In this document: positions 22,301 to 33,317 of the stretch, piece after piece
Numbering within the stretch: position 1 is the first letter of the stretch
Layout: every line of letters begins with the position of its first letter
Assembly: GCA_964019335.1 (NCBI GenBank)
Contig: OZ025752.1
Location: forward strand, 1-64,000
Source of the DNA: Diplonema japonicum
Lineage: Eukaryota; Protista; Euglenozoa: Diplonemea
Direction of reading: 5' to 3'
DNA length: 64,000 nt
Program-made: the position numbers and the translations under genes
Notes under the pieces: model-generated
What the model was told of the DNA's origin: nothing
The model's input: only the letters and a program-made list of their open reading frames with translations
Database searches by the model: none

Positions 22301-24425
22301 CTTCACGAAGAAGAGCCTGCTGCTCATTGCAGAGGGCAACCTGTTCGGGCTGGAGTTCACCGCTGTCGCTGCCATTATGAACCAGAACGGCAAGTGGCTG
22401 TACGGGCTGTCCCTTACTGCTTCTAACTTCGCCGGTGTGACAGGCCTCCCCGAGCCTGTGAAGAAGGTGCTCTCCGTGATGGGCCCCGACCGTGCCAGCA
22501 TCTCCATTGCGAAGGGTGCGATGACCATCGGGGACGTCACCCTGAGGAGGGGTCTCTCTCTCGCTGTTGTGTTCCCCATGGGGGGTGAGTCTATCCAGAA
22601 TGTGCTTTCCGTGGCCCCGCCCTCGTTGAAGGAAAAGGTCGAGGCCGAAGGCACTGAGGGAAGCATCGCTCTTATCGCCGACATCGTCTCCACCACTGAA
22701 GTCCACATCTTCATCCCGCTCTCGGGCAGCATCCCTCTTGGGTCGAGGGTTGCCTTCCGCACCGTGGCGCTTGCCTTCGCCATTGATGTGAAGTCGCCTC
22801 CTCAGATGGGTATCCTTGTCGAACTGGACTTCACGTTGGGCAAGGACGAGAAGGCGCAGACATTCACGGCCGCTGGTTTCGTTGGGCTGTCGGTTGGCGG
22901 GCTGAAGATTGGGTTGTCACTTAACAGCGCGACGCCATGGGTGCACCCCTTCGGTGTGCCCGGGGTGACTGTTTTGTTCCCGCTTGCTATCGGAATGACC
23001 ATTTCACCAAAGCTCATCCCCTCCAGCTTCTCCCTCATCGGTGGGATGGAGATCGGCGGCACCTCAGGCCGTGTGACGGTCAACGTGGACGTCACTGACT
23101 TCAGCGAAGTTGCGTTCAGGACAGAGATTGAGAACTTCGACTTGGGCAGGATCGTCACAAGCATTGCAGACTGCAACCAGTGCATCACCGGCGTCGGGAA
23201 GACACTGTCGACGGCCTCCATCGACAGATTCGAAGCAAGCTTCAACCCCAACCCGCTGGGCGAGACTGTGGTCACTGTGGCTGGTGTCCATTCCGTTATC
23301 CCTGCAGGCACTAACTTGGAGATCGAGAACCTGAACATCTGGAACATCATCCGCGTGGTGAAGGCGCAGCTCAACGTCAAGGTGACAGGTATCCAGGCGA
23401 CCCTCAAGGCGGAGAAGATGGACTGGGGTCCCATCCAGATCACGTCCTTCGACGAAACAAGCGGCCCGTCGTTCGACCTGCAGCTCACGACAGAGGAGCA
23501 GCATCTTATCATCGACGGCAAGGCCAAGATCTTCGGAAGCTCCGTCGCCATCATTTTGAAAATCTCCGACAGCGGTATCTTCGGATCGTTCGTGTTGCAG
23601 CTGGGCCCGCTCTTCACCGCCTCAGTGTCGCTGACAGCAACGGGCATCCCAGGGACAAGCGGATTCCACAACCAAATTGCCGGTTCGGTGGAGGGTGATT
23701 TTGTGGAGGCTATTGTGGAGCGTGCGACTGCGTTCTTGGACAGGCTCAGCGAAGCTGCTGACAAGGCTGCCGACGCAGCAAGGGTGAAGCTTGACGCTGC
23801 TCAGAAGAAGCTCGACGACGCCATTGATGCACTGGACAGGGCAGAGGAGAAGGCTACACGCGATTTGAGAGGAGCGAAGGACAACGTCAACAAGCTGCAG
23901 GTGAAGCTGGATGCCAAACGTGTGACCTGCAAGGCGAAGGAAGAGCGATGCAGAAAGAAGTGGTGGACATGCGGAGCAGTCCCCTTCTGTTGGATCCACT
24001 ATGGAAGCATCAAGGCTGCCATGGTTATTGCTAACGGCGTGCTTGACGGGCTGATCGGACTCGTGCAGATCGGTATCAACATTGCGAAGAAGTTCGTTGA
24101 AGGTGCGAAGCTAGCCCTCCACATCGTCCAGAAGCTGATGGACTCTGCCTCTTCTGTCATTGACGCGTTCAGCGACATCCTTCGCATTGTGGGTGGTGTT
24201 CTCAACAAGGTTCTCAAGGTTAATTCTTTATCCTTCGTTGCAGGGCTTACCAGCGAGTCCGCTCATCTTAGCTTCCACGCCAATCTTGTCATTCTTGGTA
24301 AGCACATTAACTTCAATTTCAGCGCAAGCCCTTCGTACTTGGAGATAGGGGACACCATCAAGGACTTCCTCCACGGAAGGATGATCGACTCTTATGGGGA
24401 CAGGATTCCCAGTCTGAAGAACTAA
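19323..24425 (+). CDS. ~1700-aa secreted beta-strand-rich protein with C-terminal coiled coil; function unknown
   Basis: Intronless ORF with strong codon bias; signal-like MLSKMAVLLMSSVLAAG; repeated amphipathic beta segments (W.G.....A.LFG); helical C-terminus with CRKKWWTCGAVPFCW. Confidence 0.9.
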   Translation: MLSKMAVLLMSSVLAAGLDLCGTKGDLELCVEMEPKMSAAVDACNTKGEDPHPDAETKYELTGTAQYLGANFASISSVAIEVGCEANVAVVKFTGYAELLSSTKLSDLTAASSLVLRFEAGKALEWAGSFLQGDIANEGDFMASYEVIVQSVIETLMYIDMPDPEFELSLPSRVTLDFPNLPILDGTLLPKTCPQSPPADQPPLAIPGIDMELQMSGVVFDPCAFMAGSSDVPILVMGATLTATDTYDLYGLQLAHLSVRVTAKIDDNKPGQDSMAWDGTLAATAYLFGTEAVVEGTFDEMKLLTVNAAFNASYDTFSLQGSVDYAGNCSNMTTGTVTLAIPSAALTAAATVNQLGCAAETGKSLWELTARVPSATISMVSLSNIEVDMTSAEEGVGADAVVVWSGDVSGFVDLGASTVSASVSFDSVKGVTAFAVSGTLEAGIVTGTVDLTVANGVAAGTATISAAPDNAAVPQFEANVSHVFHYTTDNADLPLWSIQGRLTSPWVIFGLELKDVEISLEGAVAGGEPITWSGVVTGTAVIDGVQITVTTTLEKNALTSLVGDITVSGHGATFEGRIEISPDREHGCVPIEGSGDLTLASGERFDAAMSLNECARQVGDNRFHFEATYHDDDMIVDGLTLSSVSFVLHANVSEEGTNKPVLNWGGSLHATANLFGASSSAAIAFANGELKAINILTSFSTDNLIFSSTVAFQYHADCTPTHGTVKEARLRLDGARDLVFTGKVSYESCTGVMSVEGTADEWDGPSATSLTSVSIALSSSPNNGDAAAALADRSWTGSITATTKVGLAFSLAFDSTKDATSVTGSIVYINDNVKLSVAVGSDCTGTGTLILRNLKNIPAIETSITFSKPCDKPTNAWSVTGTFEELAIPFHSKVILLPSVTVGIEQAEDGTKTVSVTGEYLNSFELGLVFTIGNGPVDVVLRGSVRTGHAVSADIFSTEFSGSNQFTPSLGNAGGMLDAMRSLPLINAELEISFTKKSLLLIAEGNLFGLEFTAVAAIMNQNGKWLYGLSLTASNFAGVTGLPEPVKKVLSVMGPDRASISIAKGAMTIGDVTLRRGLSLAVVFPMGGESIQNVLSVAPPSLKEKVEAEGTEGSIALIADIVSTTEVHIFIPLSGSIPLGSRVAFRTVALAFAIDVKSPPQMGILVELDFTLGKDEKAQTFTAAGFVGLSVGGLKIGLSLNSATPWVHPFGVPGVTVLFPLAIGMTISPKLIPSSFSLIGGMEIGGTSGRVTVNVDVTDFSEVAFRTEIENFDLGRIVTSIADCNQCITGVGKTLSTASIDRFEASFNPNPLGETVVTVAGVHSVIPAGTNLEIENLNIWNIIRVVKAQLNVKVTGIQATLKAEKMDWGPIQITSFDETSGPSFDLQLTTEEQHLIIDGKAKIFGSSVAIILKISDSGIFGSFVLQLGPLFTASVSLTATGIPGTSGFHNQIAGSVEGDFVEAIVERATAFLDRLSEAADKAADAARVKLDAAQKKLDDAIDALDRAEEKATRDLRGAKDNVNKLQVKLDAKRVTCKAKEERCRKKWWTCGAVPFCWIHYGSIKAAMVIANGVLDGLIGLVQIGINIAKKFVEGAKLALHIVQKLMDSASSVIDAFSDILRIVGGVLNKVLKVNSLSFVAGLTSESAHLSFHANLVILGKHINFNFSASPSYLEIGDTIKDFLHGRMIDSYGDRIPSLKN

Positions 24426-26278
24426 GAATATTGAAGAAAAAAAAATTTTAAAAAAAAAAATCTAGTTCGCATCAATATCAAAAAGAAAAAAACAAAAACG
24501 GGGGGGGGGGGGGGGTGGGAAATGGGAGGGAGAAGATGTAAGAGAAAAAAAAAGGGGGGGTAGAAAAAAAAAGGGAACGAAAAAAGTTTTTTGTTTTCTT
24601 TTTTTCTTTCCCCCCTCCCATCCCCAATGTTTGTAAAAGATTTTTGGCAACCTTTTATGAATACGGGGGTTTAAAAAAAAAAAGTGGTGGGGCCTTCCTT
24701 CCTCTCTAAAATTATTTTAAAAAAATATGTTTGAAAAGGCCCCCCCTTTTTTTTCACCTTGCATTTCCCTTTCCTCCCCTCCCCCCCCCCCCCCCCCCCT
24801 TAACCGACAACCTTTTTTTTATTCAGGGGTACTTCCTTTAATACTCCAAAAAAAATACGGAAATTCACTTTTTTCCCCCAAAGAAAAAGTCAAAAAAATC
24901 ACTAAAAAAAAAAAAAAAAAAAAAAAACTTGACATTTTTAAAATAGTTTGCTTATGCAAGAGCACAATGCATCTAACCAACAATTTCCCGCAAAGGTGGC
25001 CTTCTGCATCCCTGTACACGGATCCTATCAGGATTTGTTCTTGCTGGGGGTAAGATTTTCGCTCTTTATTTTATTTGTGAATTTCACTTTTTAGGTTTTA
25101 AGTGAATTTTTTTTGACTTTTTTTCGGGCACTTTCGGCACGTTCTCTTGGGTAATAATAACCTGAAGTGAATAATCTCCTTTTTTTTTTGTTCTATTTAT
25201 TTACCTACCTTTACTTGTTCCTTATTGACCTCTTTTTTATTCATTTTTTTTTTCCCACCAACGTTTTATATACTCCTATAAGCTTGTTTTTTTTCTTTTT
25301 TTTTGATTCTTTCAAATCCAACGAGAATGGGGAAAAAAAGAAGTAAAAATAATCTTCCAAACCTGGAGAATTTTTTTTCTTCTTCTTCTCCTCTCTCCTC
25401 CTTCTTTTCTTTTACGTTAACTGTAAACCAGGGGGGAAAAAAAAAAGAGGGAACCAAAGGGAAAAAAAGAAGAAGCAATAATATTTGACCAGCGCTCCTT
25501 TCTCAATGCAGCATCTAGCGCTGACAGGTAACTTCTTCTGTATTTTTTTGCTTTTCTTTTTTTTTTCTCTTTTTTTCCTCCCTTCTTTTTGCTTCTGATT
25601 TACAATTTTTTATTCGATTTTACGATTTACAGTTAAAAAAAAAAGATTTCTTTCTAATTCCTTTCTTTTCCCTTTTCCTGTTCAAATTAAAAGAAAAAAA
25701 AAAGTTTTACAAACATTTATTCTCGTTCAAACTATTTTTTTTCCCTACCGGCTCCACTTTAAAGTCCTGCCACGTTTTTTTTGTTTTTGTTTTGTTGTTT
25801 TTTTTTTTTTTTTTATCTGCCCGGCATTTATTTATGTTACTTTTTTTCTCCAACCTGATGTATGTATGTCTTTGCACCAATTAGCGTTGTGAGGTGCCTC
25901 ACCTGTAATGAACTGTATTTTTTTTTTCCCCCTCTTCTCCCCCCCCGCTCCCTTTCCCTCTTCATGCAACCTGTGAACAAGAAGGAAAAAAAAAAAAAAA
26001 GAATGAACAAAAAAAAAGCTTTGAAAAAGAGAAAGAATGAAAAAAATGGGGGGGGGTAAAGAAAAAAAAGAGAGTAAACCGGGTTGGGAAAAAAAAAAAT
26101 CATTGTGTAAACCAGAATGGTGCCATGAAACCTGCTCTGTTCCGGACAGCGCCTTGCACTCCTCATGATCTCTGTGGCATGTTATTTTCTTTAAGTGCAA
26201 CTTTTTAAAAAAAATTTTCTAAAATTTATTTGATGAGAAGGAGGCCTGTTCCTGTGGGTATTTATAGTACAGAAGGTG

Positions 26279-26328
<50 letters not shown>

Positions 26329-26928
26329 CTTCTTTGCTACTTCTCCCATTACAATGACCTTTTTTTATGTATCGTTGCTGCCCGTCTTCTTCCCCCTTTG
26401 GTTTTTTTTATTTCTTCCTTTTATTTTTCTTAGACTTCGCTTTTTTTTTTTTTTTTTTTTTTTTTTGCGTAAAAATTTCAAATTGGGCTTTTTCTCTTCC
26501 CCCCCCCTTCGGCATCTTTAACATTAATATTCTCTATTTGGAAAATCTTTTTCTTCAGCAGGACTTTTTTGGAAGGTTTTTTTCCAATAGAGATGTTGAG
26601 TTAAAAAAAAAATGAAAAATGAAAAAAAAAAAAGAGGAAAAAACAAAGAGTTATGACGCTCTGTCTTCCCTTTATTATTTCTCTTTTTTTTTTCTTCTTC
26701 TTTTTTCTTCTCACTTCAGTAGCAATGTTGGGTTTTTAAAAAAAAAATTAATGATTAGTCGACTTCTGCTCTATGTTACCTGGGTTAACATCTACGTTGC
26801 CACTGCAATTTACTCGGGAGAGCGGAAAAGAAGGCGAGGAAGGGGGGTGAGTCTGGTTGAGGGGAAAATATAAATTAAATACCAAATCCAGACCCATTCC
26901 TACCGTATTATTTTCCCTTCTACTAGTA

Positions 26929-26959
<31 letters not shown>

Positions 26960-28482
26960 ACCATGCAATGTGTGCTGTGCCCACTGCTCCTTACAGAGGA
27001 GGCGTCTGACTGCCGAAGGGAACCCCCCCCCCCCCCCCCCCCTCCAAGAAAAAAAGGAACCCATTTTAAATTTTTTCTCTTTTTTTAACGAAACTAAAAA
27101 CCCCCCTCCACACACACAAACAAGAAAGAGTAAGGTTGTAGACAGAGGAAGAACTAGAAAAAGAAAGAAAAAAAAAGAAAAAAAAAGCAAAATAAAAAAA
27201 AAATAAAAAAGCCCCAAAGAAAAATGAAAATTAACATGAAGCCTTCAGTAAGTAGTGATTTGAAAACAAACATCAAACAACCGAGAGGAGGAAGAAAGGG
27301 AGGGGAAAAGGCAAAAAAAAAAAAAAGAGAGAAGAAAAAAAAAAGAAGGAAACCAATGACAATTCTCGTCCTGCTGATTTTCTTCGTCTTCTTCTTCTTC
27401 TTCTTTTTTTTTTTGCCCTCCTTTCGCTCCCTATTCTTTCTTTTTTCATTTGCAGATAAGGAAACAAATCCTTTCCCCCCTCTCCTTCCCCCCTTTTTTT
27501 TTTGCTGAACTAAAACTCTGTCTGTTCTCCTTTCTTATCCCCCCTTCATCTCCTTCCCCTTAGAAAATTCTTTGAAACAAATAAGAAAAAATAAGAAACA
27601 AAGTGAGAGAGGCGTTCCAGGGGGCATTCTTTGGGGTTCACCTCACTGTGGGGTTGAATGGGTACTGGGTCACAGTCACTGGCTGCCGAAGACAAGCAAT
27701 GTGGCCCCCCCTCCCCCCCGTCCTCCTCTCCTTACACTTTTTCGCTCGGTATTTCCCCCCCCCTTTTTTTTTCTTTTTCTTCTTTTCCCTTTTTTTTTTC
27801 TAATTGAATGCCCCCTAGGGGGGTGTTTTTTTCCCCCCCTCTTCTTTTTTTTTCTCTTTTTTTTATTATTCCCCCATGGGTCGCTTTTTTTTACAAGCAG
27901 ATTGTGGATGGGGGAGGCAAGTAAGAAAAAAAAAAGAGAAAAAAAAAGGGGGCGTGACCAAGATATCATGAAAGCATGCAATGTTTTCATGTGCTTGGGC
28001 CGGCTGAAAGAAACTATCGAAGAAAAATGTAAAACACCTAGTACCACATCAAAGAGAAAAGAACGAAGAAGTTTAAAAAAAAAAAAAGTAAACCATTTGA
28101 CCTTAATGGCGCCCCTGTGCATAGGTGTTGCACAGGGCAACGTAAGGACAAGGTTTCATCGAGTCATTTTTTTTTCTTTCTTTTTTTTCTTTTGAATACA
28201 AAATCGTAAAAAAAAAAAAAACCCTCCCGTTTTCCCTCTCTATGTTTTTCCTCTCTCGGTCTCTGCCTCAGACTGCTCCTCTCCCCCTTTTTTTTATTTA
28301 TTAATTTATCTAAACCCCCCCCCCCCCCCCCCCTTCTTCCACTTCAAATTTTATTGACCTCCCCACCTGGCCCTGGCAACAACAACGCCCTCTCCTTTAG
28401 GTGATCTGGAAGTTTGAAACCGAACAAAGAAAGAAGAAAAAAAAAATAAAAAAAATGAGCATCCCAGTGTGAAGATGAAAGC

Positions 28483-30180
28483 TAGGGGTTACAGTGGAAG
28501 CCCTTTACAAGCAGGCGGTATGTGCTGCTGATTTGATGGAAGGGAGGTAAACTAATGTGAGAGAAAAAGGTTCGAGGATGGTTCAGGGGAACGGGCTCGT
28601 GGAGAGATCTGTAACCCATGTGATGGCTGGCACAATCGTAGGGCTTGTGGACTTCGGGATCCTGGCTGGTGCTGTGGTGTCTGTCGATCTCAAGCAAGGC
28701 TGCCTCGTCGGTCGTGCGGTTCAGTAAGAGGAACATACACCAACACAGAGAAAGGACGCCTAACGCATTACACAATGTGCGTGTTCTGTGGAGCAGACGC
28801 AGCTTGACAACTACCTCCAACGACAGAACCTGTGAACGAAGCCCGCCGTCCCCGTCCCAGGCCCCGCGTGCTTGACAGACGCAATCAAGCAGGAAGAAGA
28901 AGAAGCAAGCGCGACACGTCACACGGCTCCTCAATGCAAACCAGATGTCAGCGACCCTGTTCGGAAGGGACGGGCCTACCTGCCACAGGCTAGGCTATAG
29001 TTAACCTTACACAGCTGTCACAAGCTATAGTTACTTTGTCACGAATCATATTTACCTCATCGGGTCGGGTGTCTCGGTACCCAGCGTGAGAGGCATGACG
29101 GGACCCGGAAGTCCGCTGACGCTGTGCAGCCAATGTGAGGAACGATTCCAGACTTGCCAGAGGTGCTCGTCCACACACTGCAGAGTGCGGGCACGCGATA
29201 GTGCCAGCGGTGTGGCCCTGATCAACCCGGACTACTGAGAAACCAGCTGCAGGGGATGGCACCGCGTTTTATTCTACCTCGTCACGAAGGTAAGCTTTTT
29301 CAATATCAAATAACTCGCACTGTATAGTTGCATTGTGTGCGTGCTGTTCACGTTGGGGGTAGACGGAGGTCAATAATAAAAAAAAAAGTCTATTTAACAA
29401 CGTATCAGGCTCGCTGATCCGGTTTGCAATCTGCCAAGCGCTGATGACTCACTGCACGACAGCCGTCGGCACTCACGGTGCACTGAAGGAAGGAGCACAG
29501 ACAGAGATGGAGGCCCGAGGTACTTGAGGGGCACGTCGCGGGGCATGCTTACCTCCTTCCAGCACCAGGGATTACAGGTCCCGAGGAAGGTGAAGACCGA
29601 TCATCTTCCCCCGCCTTGTTCACTGACAAAGAAATCGGTGGTTGGACGGCAGGAAGCTGAGCCTCTTGATGAAGCCGCCCTCAGATGTTTCGCCCCTTGC
29701 AGGTGATCGAGCGTTTCCTGCGTGCGAAGTGCGGATGCGAGAAGTTGGCTTCACCAATACCCGTTGTCGCCTGCAGTTGCGAAAATTTTTGGGGCGAGGA
29801 GCAGGGTGTGTTGGATCGACAACTTTTTCATTCCAGCACAGAGCCGCGGAGACTCTCCAGACTTCAACACGTTCCTCAGAACGTCGGGCCTGCTCTTCGA
29901 TGAGGCTGGTGGCGTGCCGAGCCAGGAGTTCGAGGCTTTGGGGCTCGCTTTTGATCTCGTGTCCGCACATGGCTAGGTAACCCTAGCTCGTTGGCAGTAA
30001 TGTGTTGCTTTAGTTACGAGTGGCGAGTAGCCCCAGATCGAGCTATTTGTGCTGCTGATTTGATGGAAGGGAGGTAAACTAGTGTGAGAGGAGAAGGTTC
30101 GAGGATGGAGAGGTTCAGAACGAGCTCGTGGGATCTGTTGTGGCGGGACTTGACCAACAAGCTGGCTTGCATTGATGAGC
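28483..30180 (+). mobile_element. Degenerate YR-type retrotransposon remnant with direct repeats and an RT fragment
   Basis: ~90-bp direct repeat starting at 28521 and 30048 (TGTGCTGCTGATTTGATGGAAGGGAGGTAAACTA); RT-like DARSWLHQYPL..WIDNFF..FEALGLAFDL at 29722-29976. Confidence 0.6.
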
Positions 30181-30205
30181 AGGACCCCCCCCCCCCCCCC
30201 CCCCC

Positions 30206-31186
30206 TAGGGCTATGCTGGCATGGAAACGCGTTCCATGCATTTTTTGAAAAAAAGGGACACGGAAACGGAAACGGCAACGTTTCCCTATTTTGGGGCCGT
30301 TTCCTTGGGGCAGAAGCGTTTCCTTATTTTGGGGGTTTTAGAGACTTATTTTTTTGGGGGCAAATCACTCGGAAGAAATATACGAGACAAAGGGGGCCAG
30401 TGTTGGTGGCGCCCTGGGGAAATCTTCTGGGTTTCGATGAAGGATGCGATTGTGGCATCCATTTTTTGAACAGCGTCGTCAACCAGCCTTCCGCTCAGAG
30501 CTTTCCTGTCCGGTAGCTCGTACGTGGCCCCGAGCGGAAGGCGCTTCACCTTCTCAAACAGTGCCTTGAATGTTCTGTGAACAGAAAATATGAGAGGACA
30601 CGAAACAGATAAACATCATACCGATGTTCGACCCTCAATGGGGTCCCAGTTTCGAGAAAGAAATCCCGAACGCAGTTAAAAATGGCGTCATTGGCCTGTT
30701 CTCCACTACGCTTCTTCGTTCCCTCTGCCTCAGCCTTCGCCTCCGCTGTCGCTTTCTCCAACAGCCTCTTGTGGGGCTCCACACTATCCCCTTTGGGGAC
30801 ACACGTCGCTACTCCTTGGCCTTTTGTTTGGAACATGTGGGCGCGGGTCTGCTGGTTGACGCTGCTGTGAAGACCATATCACATATCACAGAAGCGACAT
30901 TTTACTGTCTTCTTCCCATCCTCCGCCTGAACCTCCACCCCATCCCACAAGCGCCTCCCAGGGGGTGCTTTCTCTGGACCATGTTTACTTTCGTTTTTGT
31001 AGAGACCGACGTGCGCTTTCCTTGTAAAACCCCAAAAGTAAGTATCTTCAAAAACCCCAAATATATAAGGACCTTCTAAACAGTGTTTACCGAAATATAC
31101 ATAGCCGTTTCCATAACCATGGAAACGCGTTTCCATGAGAATTTTGAAAACATGGAAACGGAAACGTTTCCACGTTTCCTGCCAGC
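30206..31186 (-). mobile_element. Second hAT family, internally deleted (TAGGGCTATGCTGGCA terminus, AAACGG subterminal motifs, BED-finger remnant)
   Basis: Terminus at 30206; partial inverted copy TGCCAGC near 31186; solo inverted end at ~37843-37888; peptide WDGVEV..VKCRFC..TRAHM..VRDFFLETGTP. Confidence 0.65.
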
Positions 31187-31239
31187 TCGTGGGGGGAGTT
31201 TCCACGTTTCCTGCCAGCTCGTGGGGGGAGTCGGTGGGG

Positions 31240-31882
31240 ACCCTGCTGCTGCGTCTCCTCTGCGAGGACCCTTCGAAACGCCCGACCGCTTCTGAGGTTC
31301 TGTCTGTGCTGGGGAACCAACATCAGCATCCCGTTGCAGGATGGAAGCCAGCTCACTTCAGAGGAAGAAGTGAAGAGGAAGGGCCTCGTTGTGGAGTGGG
31401 AAGAAGGCATGGAGGGGTTCTTGGGAATGATGGGAAAGATGCAGGTGGTGGTGAAGCACGACGAGCTTCAGTTGCCTGATAAGCTGGTGGAATGTCCACT
31501 GTTCTTGGTGATTGACTTCAGTGTGGATGAGAGGTACGTCCCCATTGTGATGGGCTTTAAACACGTGGTGCTGAAGGGCGTGCGGGGCAACATCGCTGAT
31601 CGCTTCCTGGCAAGCAAATACGAAGACAGGACCTCTTATCGGCTGAGGTCACTCCGCTTCTCTCTGAGGGGCCAGGGTCTATCACCATCGGCAATAGCTT
31701 CTTGTCTAGGTGCACCTCCCTTCGGGCTGTCGATCTCGCACCGCTTTCCAACATCACCAGCATTGGCGGTTGGTTCTTGGATGGGTGCACCTCCCTTCAG
31801 GCTGTCAATCTCGCACCGCTTTCCAACATCGGCTTTGGTTCTTGTCTGGGTGCACCTCCCTTCAGGCAATCAGTTTGCGTAA
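31240..31882 (+). pseudogene. Truncated kinase-tail plus leucine-rich-repeat gene fragment
   Basis: LLLRLLCEDPSKRPTASEVL (kinase subdomain XI); LRR FLDGCTSLQAVNLAPLSNI; frameshifts. Confidence 0.65.
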
Positions 31883-32512
31883 GCCTCTTTTTTTTAAGAA
31901 AAAGAACCCCCTTCTATCATAAGAAGAAGAAAAAAAAAAAAAGGTAAAAGGAAGCTCTCTTTTTAACAACAAAAGAAAAAAAAAAAAAAAGAGAAAAAAA
32001 AAAGTACGTCTTTGAGAGAAGAATATTGAAACCGAATAAAAATTGGAGGGTGGGGGGATCTTCTCTTTTGTTGTACTCCTCAATTTTTTTTTCGTCTCTC
32101 CCTAAGAAGCCGACTACCCTGCCGATGTTGCACAGTCGACGAGGAAGACAAGAATAGATATAAAAAAAAGTTGAAGAAAAAACTGGTTCCCTCCTCTTCC
32201 TTCAGCCGGTCCCCATATTTAAAGTGTCTCCCCAGCTCCCCTCCCCACGCGCCCTTCTTTTTCCCGGTTGTGGTAACAACAGTTCTCTTTAAACAAGTTA
32301 TGCGTTTACCAAAAGTCGGGAACCTCTAGTGGTCTAGTAAAGCATTACTTGGGGGCGTGTAAGTGGTTTTATTTCACGATACTCTGAAATTGCTTCAAAG
32401 ACTGGGATAAAAGGGGGAAGCCATACAAGTATTCCATTAGCTTTAGCCTTATCTCAAGAGAAAGAAATGACTATTTACTAAATAATCAGATTACCTGATT
32501 TTTACGAGGAAT

Positions 32513-32545
<33 letters not shown>

Positions 32546-33317
32546 CTGGATTCCCTCTAAAGGAATTTTGGCGGGAAAATAAAGTACTTTATTTTATTCC
32601 TCATGTTTTAAGCAGATTTGTGAAAAATGGGGCTTCAGAGAAAAGAAGCCGAAAAATCAACAAAATTTTGCGGTATTTGTGCCACGGTTGGTGCCCACCG
32701 TGGACAGGGGATCCTACACGTGCCTGTCACCATTCTGCTGTTGCATCCTGGGTTTGCCTTTCAGTCATGGATGGCATCTGCAGTACGAACATCGCTCGCA
32801 GTCCCTCTAAGTAGGGAGCTGTTTGGGTGGACGAGAACAGGGGCCATGCGTCGCTGGTGCACCCAGGTTCCTCAGGGAGTTCATCGAGTTCAGCCGCATC
32901 CGCATCCGCACCAGAAAGCCCAGGGAGGCTGACATGATAACATAGTTCGATGCCCTGTACAAAGGAGGGCTAAGCCGTCGAGCCTCTGGTCCCTTTATAG
33001 CCGCCTGAACCATACCATGAAGCATAAACACAAAACTGCAAGACTGCCCAGGTTGACTGCCATGCTGAAGGCGTGGACGAGCAAAATCCTGGACTTCCTG
33101 GCTTTGGGGGGGGCTTGGGAGTGCCATCGGGAACCAGAAAATAAATAAAATTACGTATTCATGAATTAAAGCGGACTTTACTCTTTCCCGCGAGAAATAA
33201 AGTCCACTTTATTTTTCATAAATCAATAGTTTTTTTTTTTTTTTTTTTTCTGTGAAGGCTATTATTTATAAAAAATAAAGGCTAACCCACAAAGGAAGAA
33301 AAGAAACCCCGAAAACC

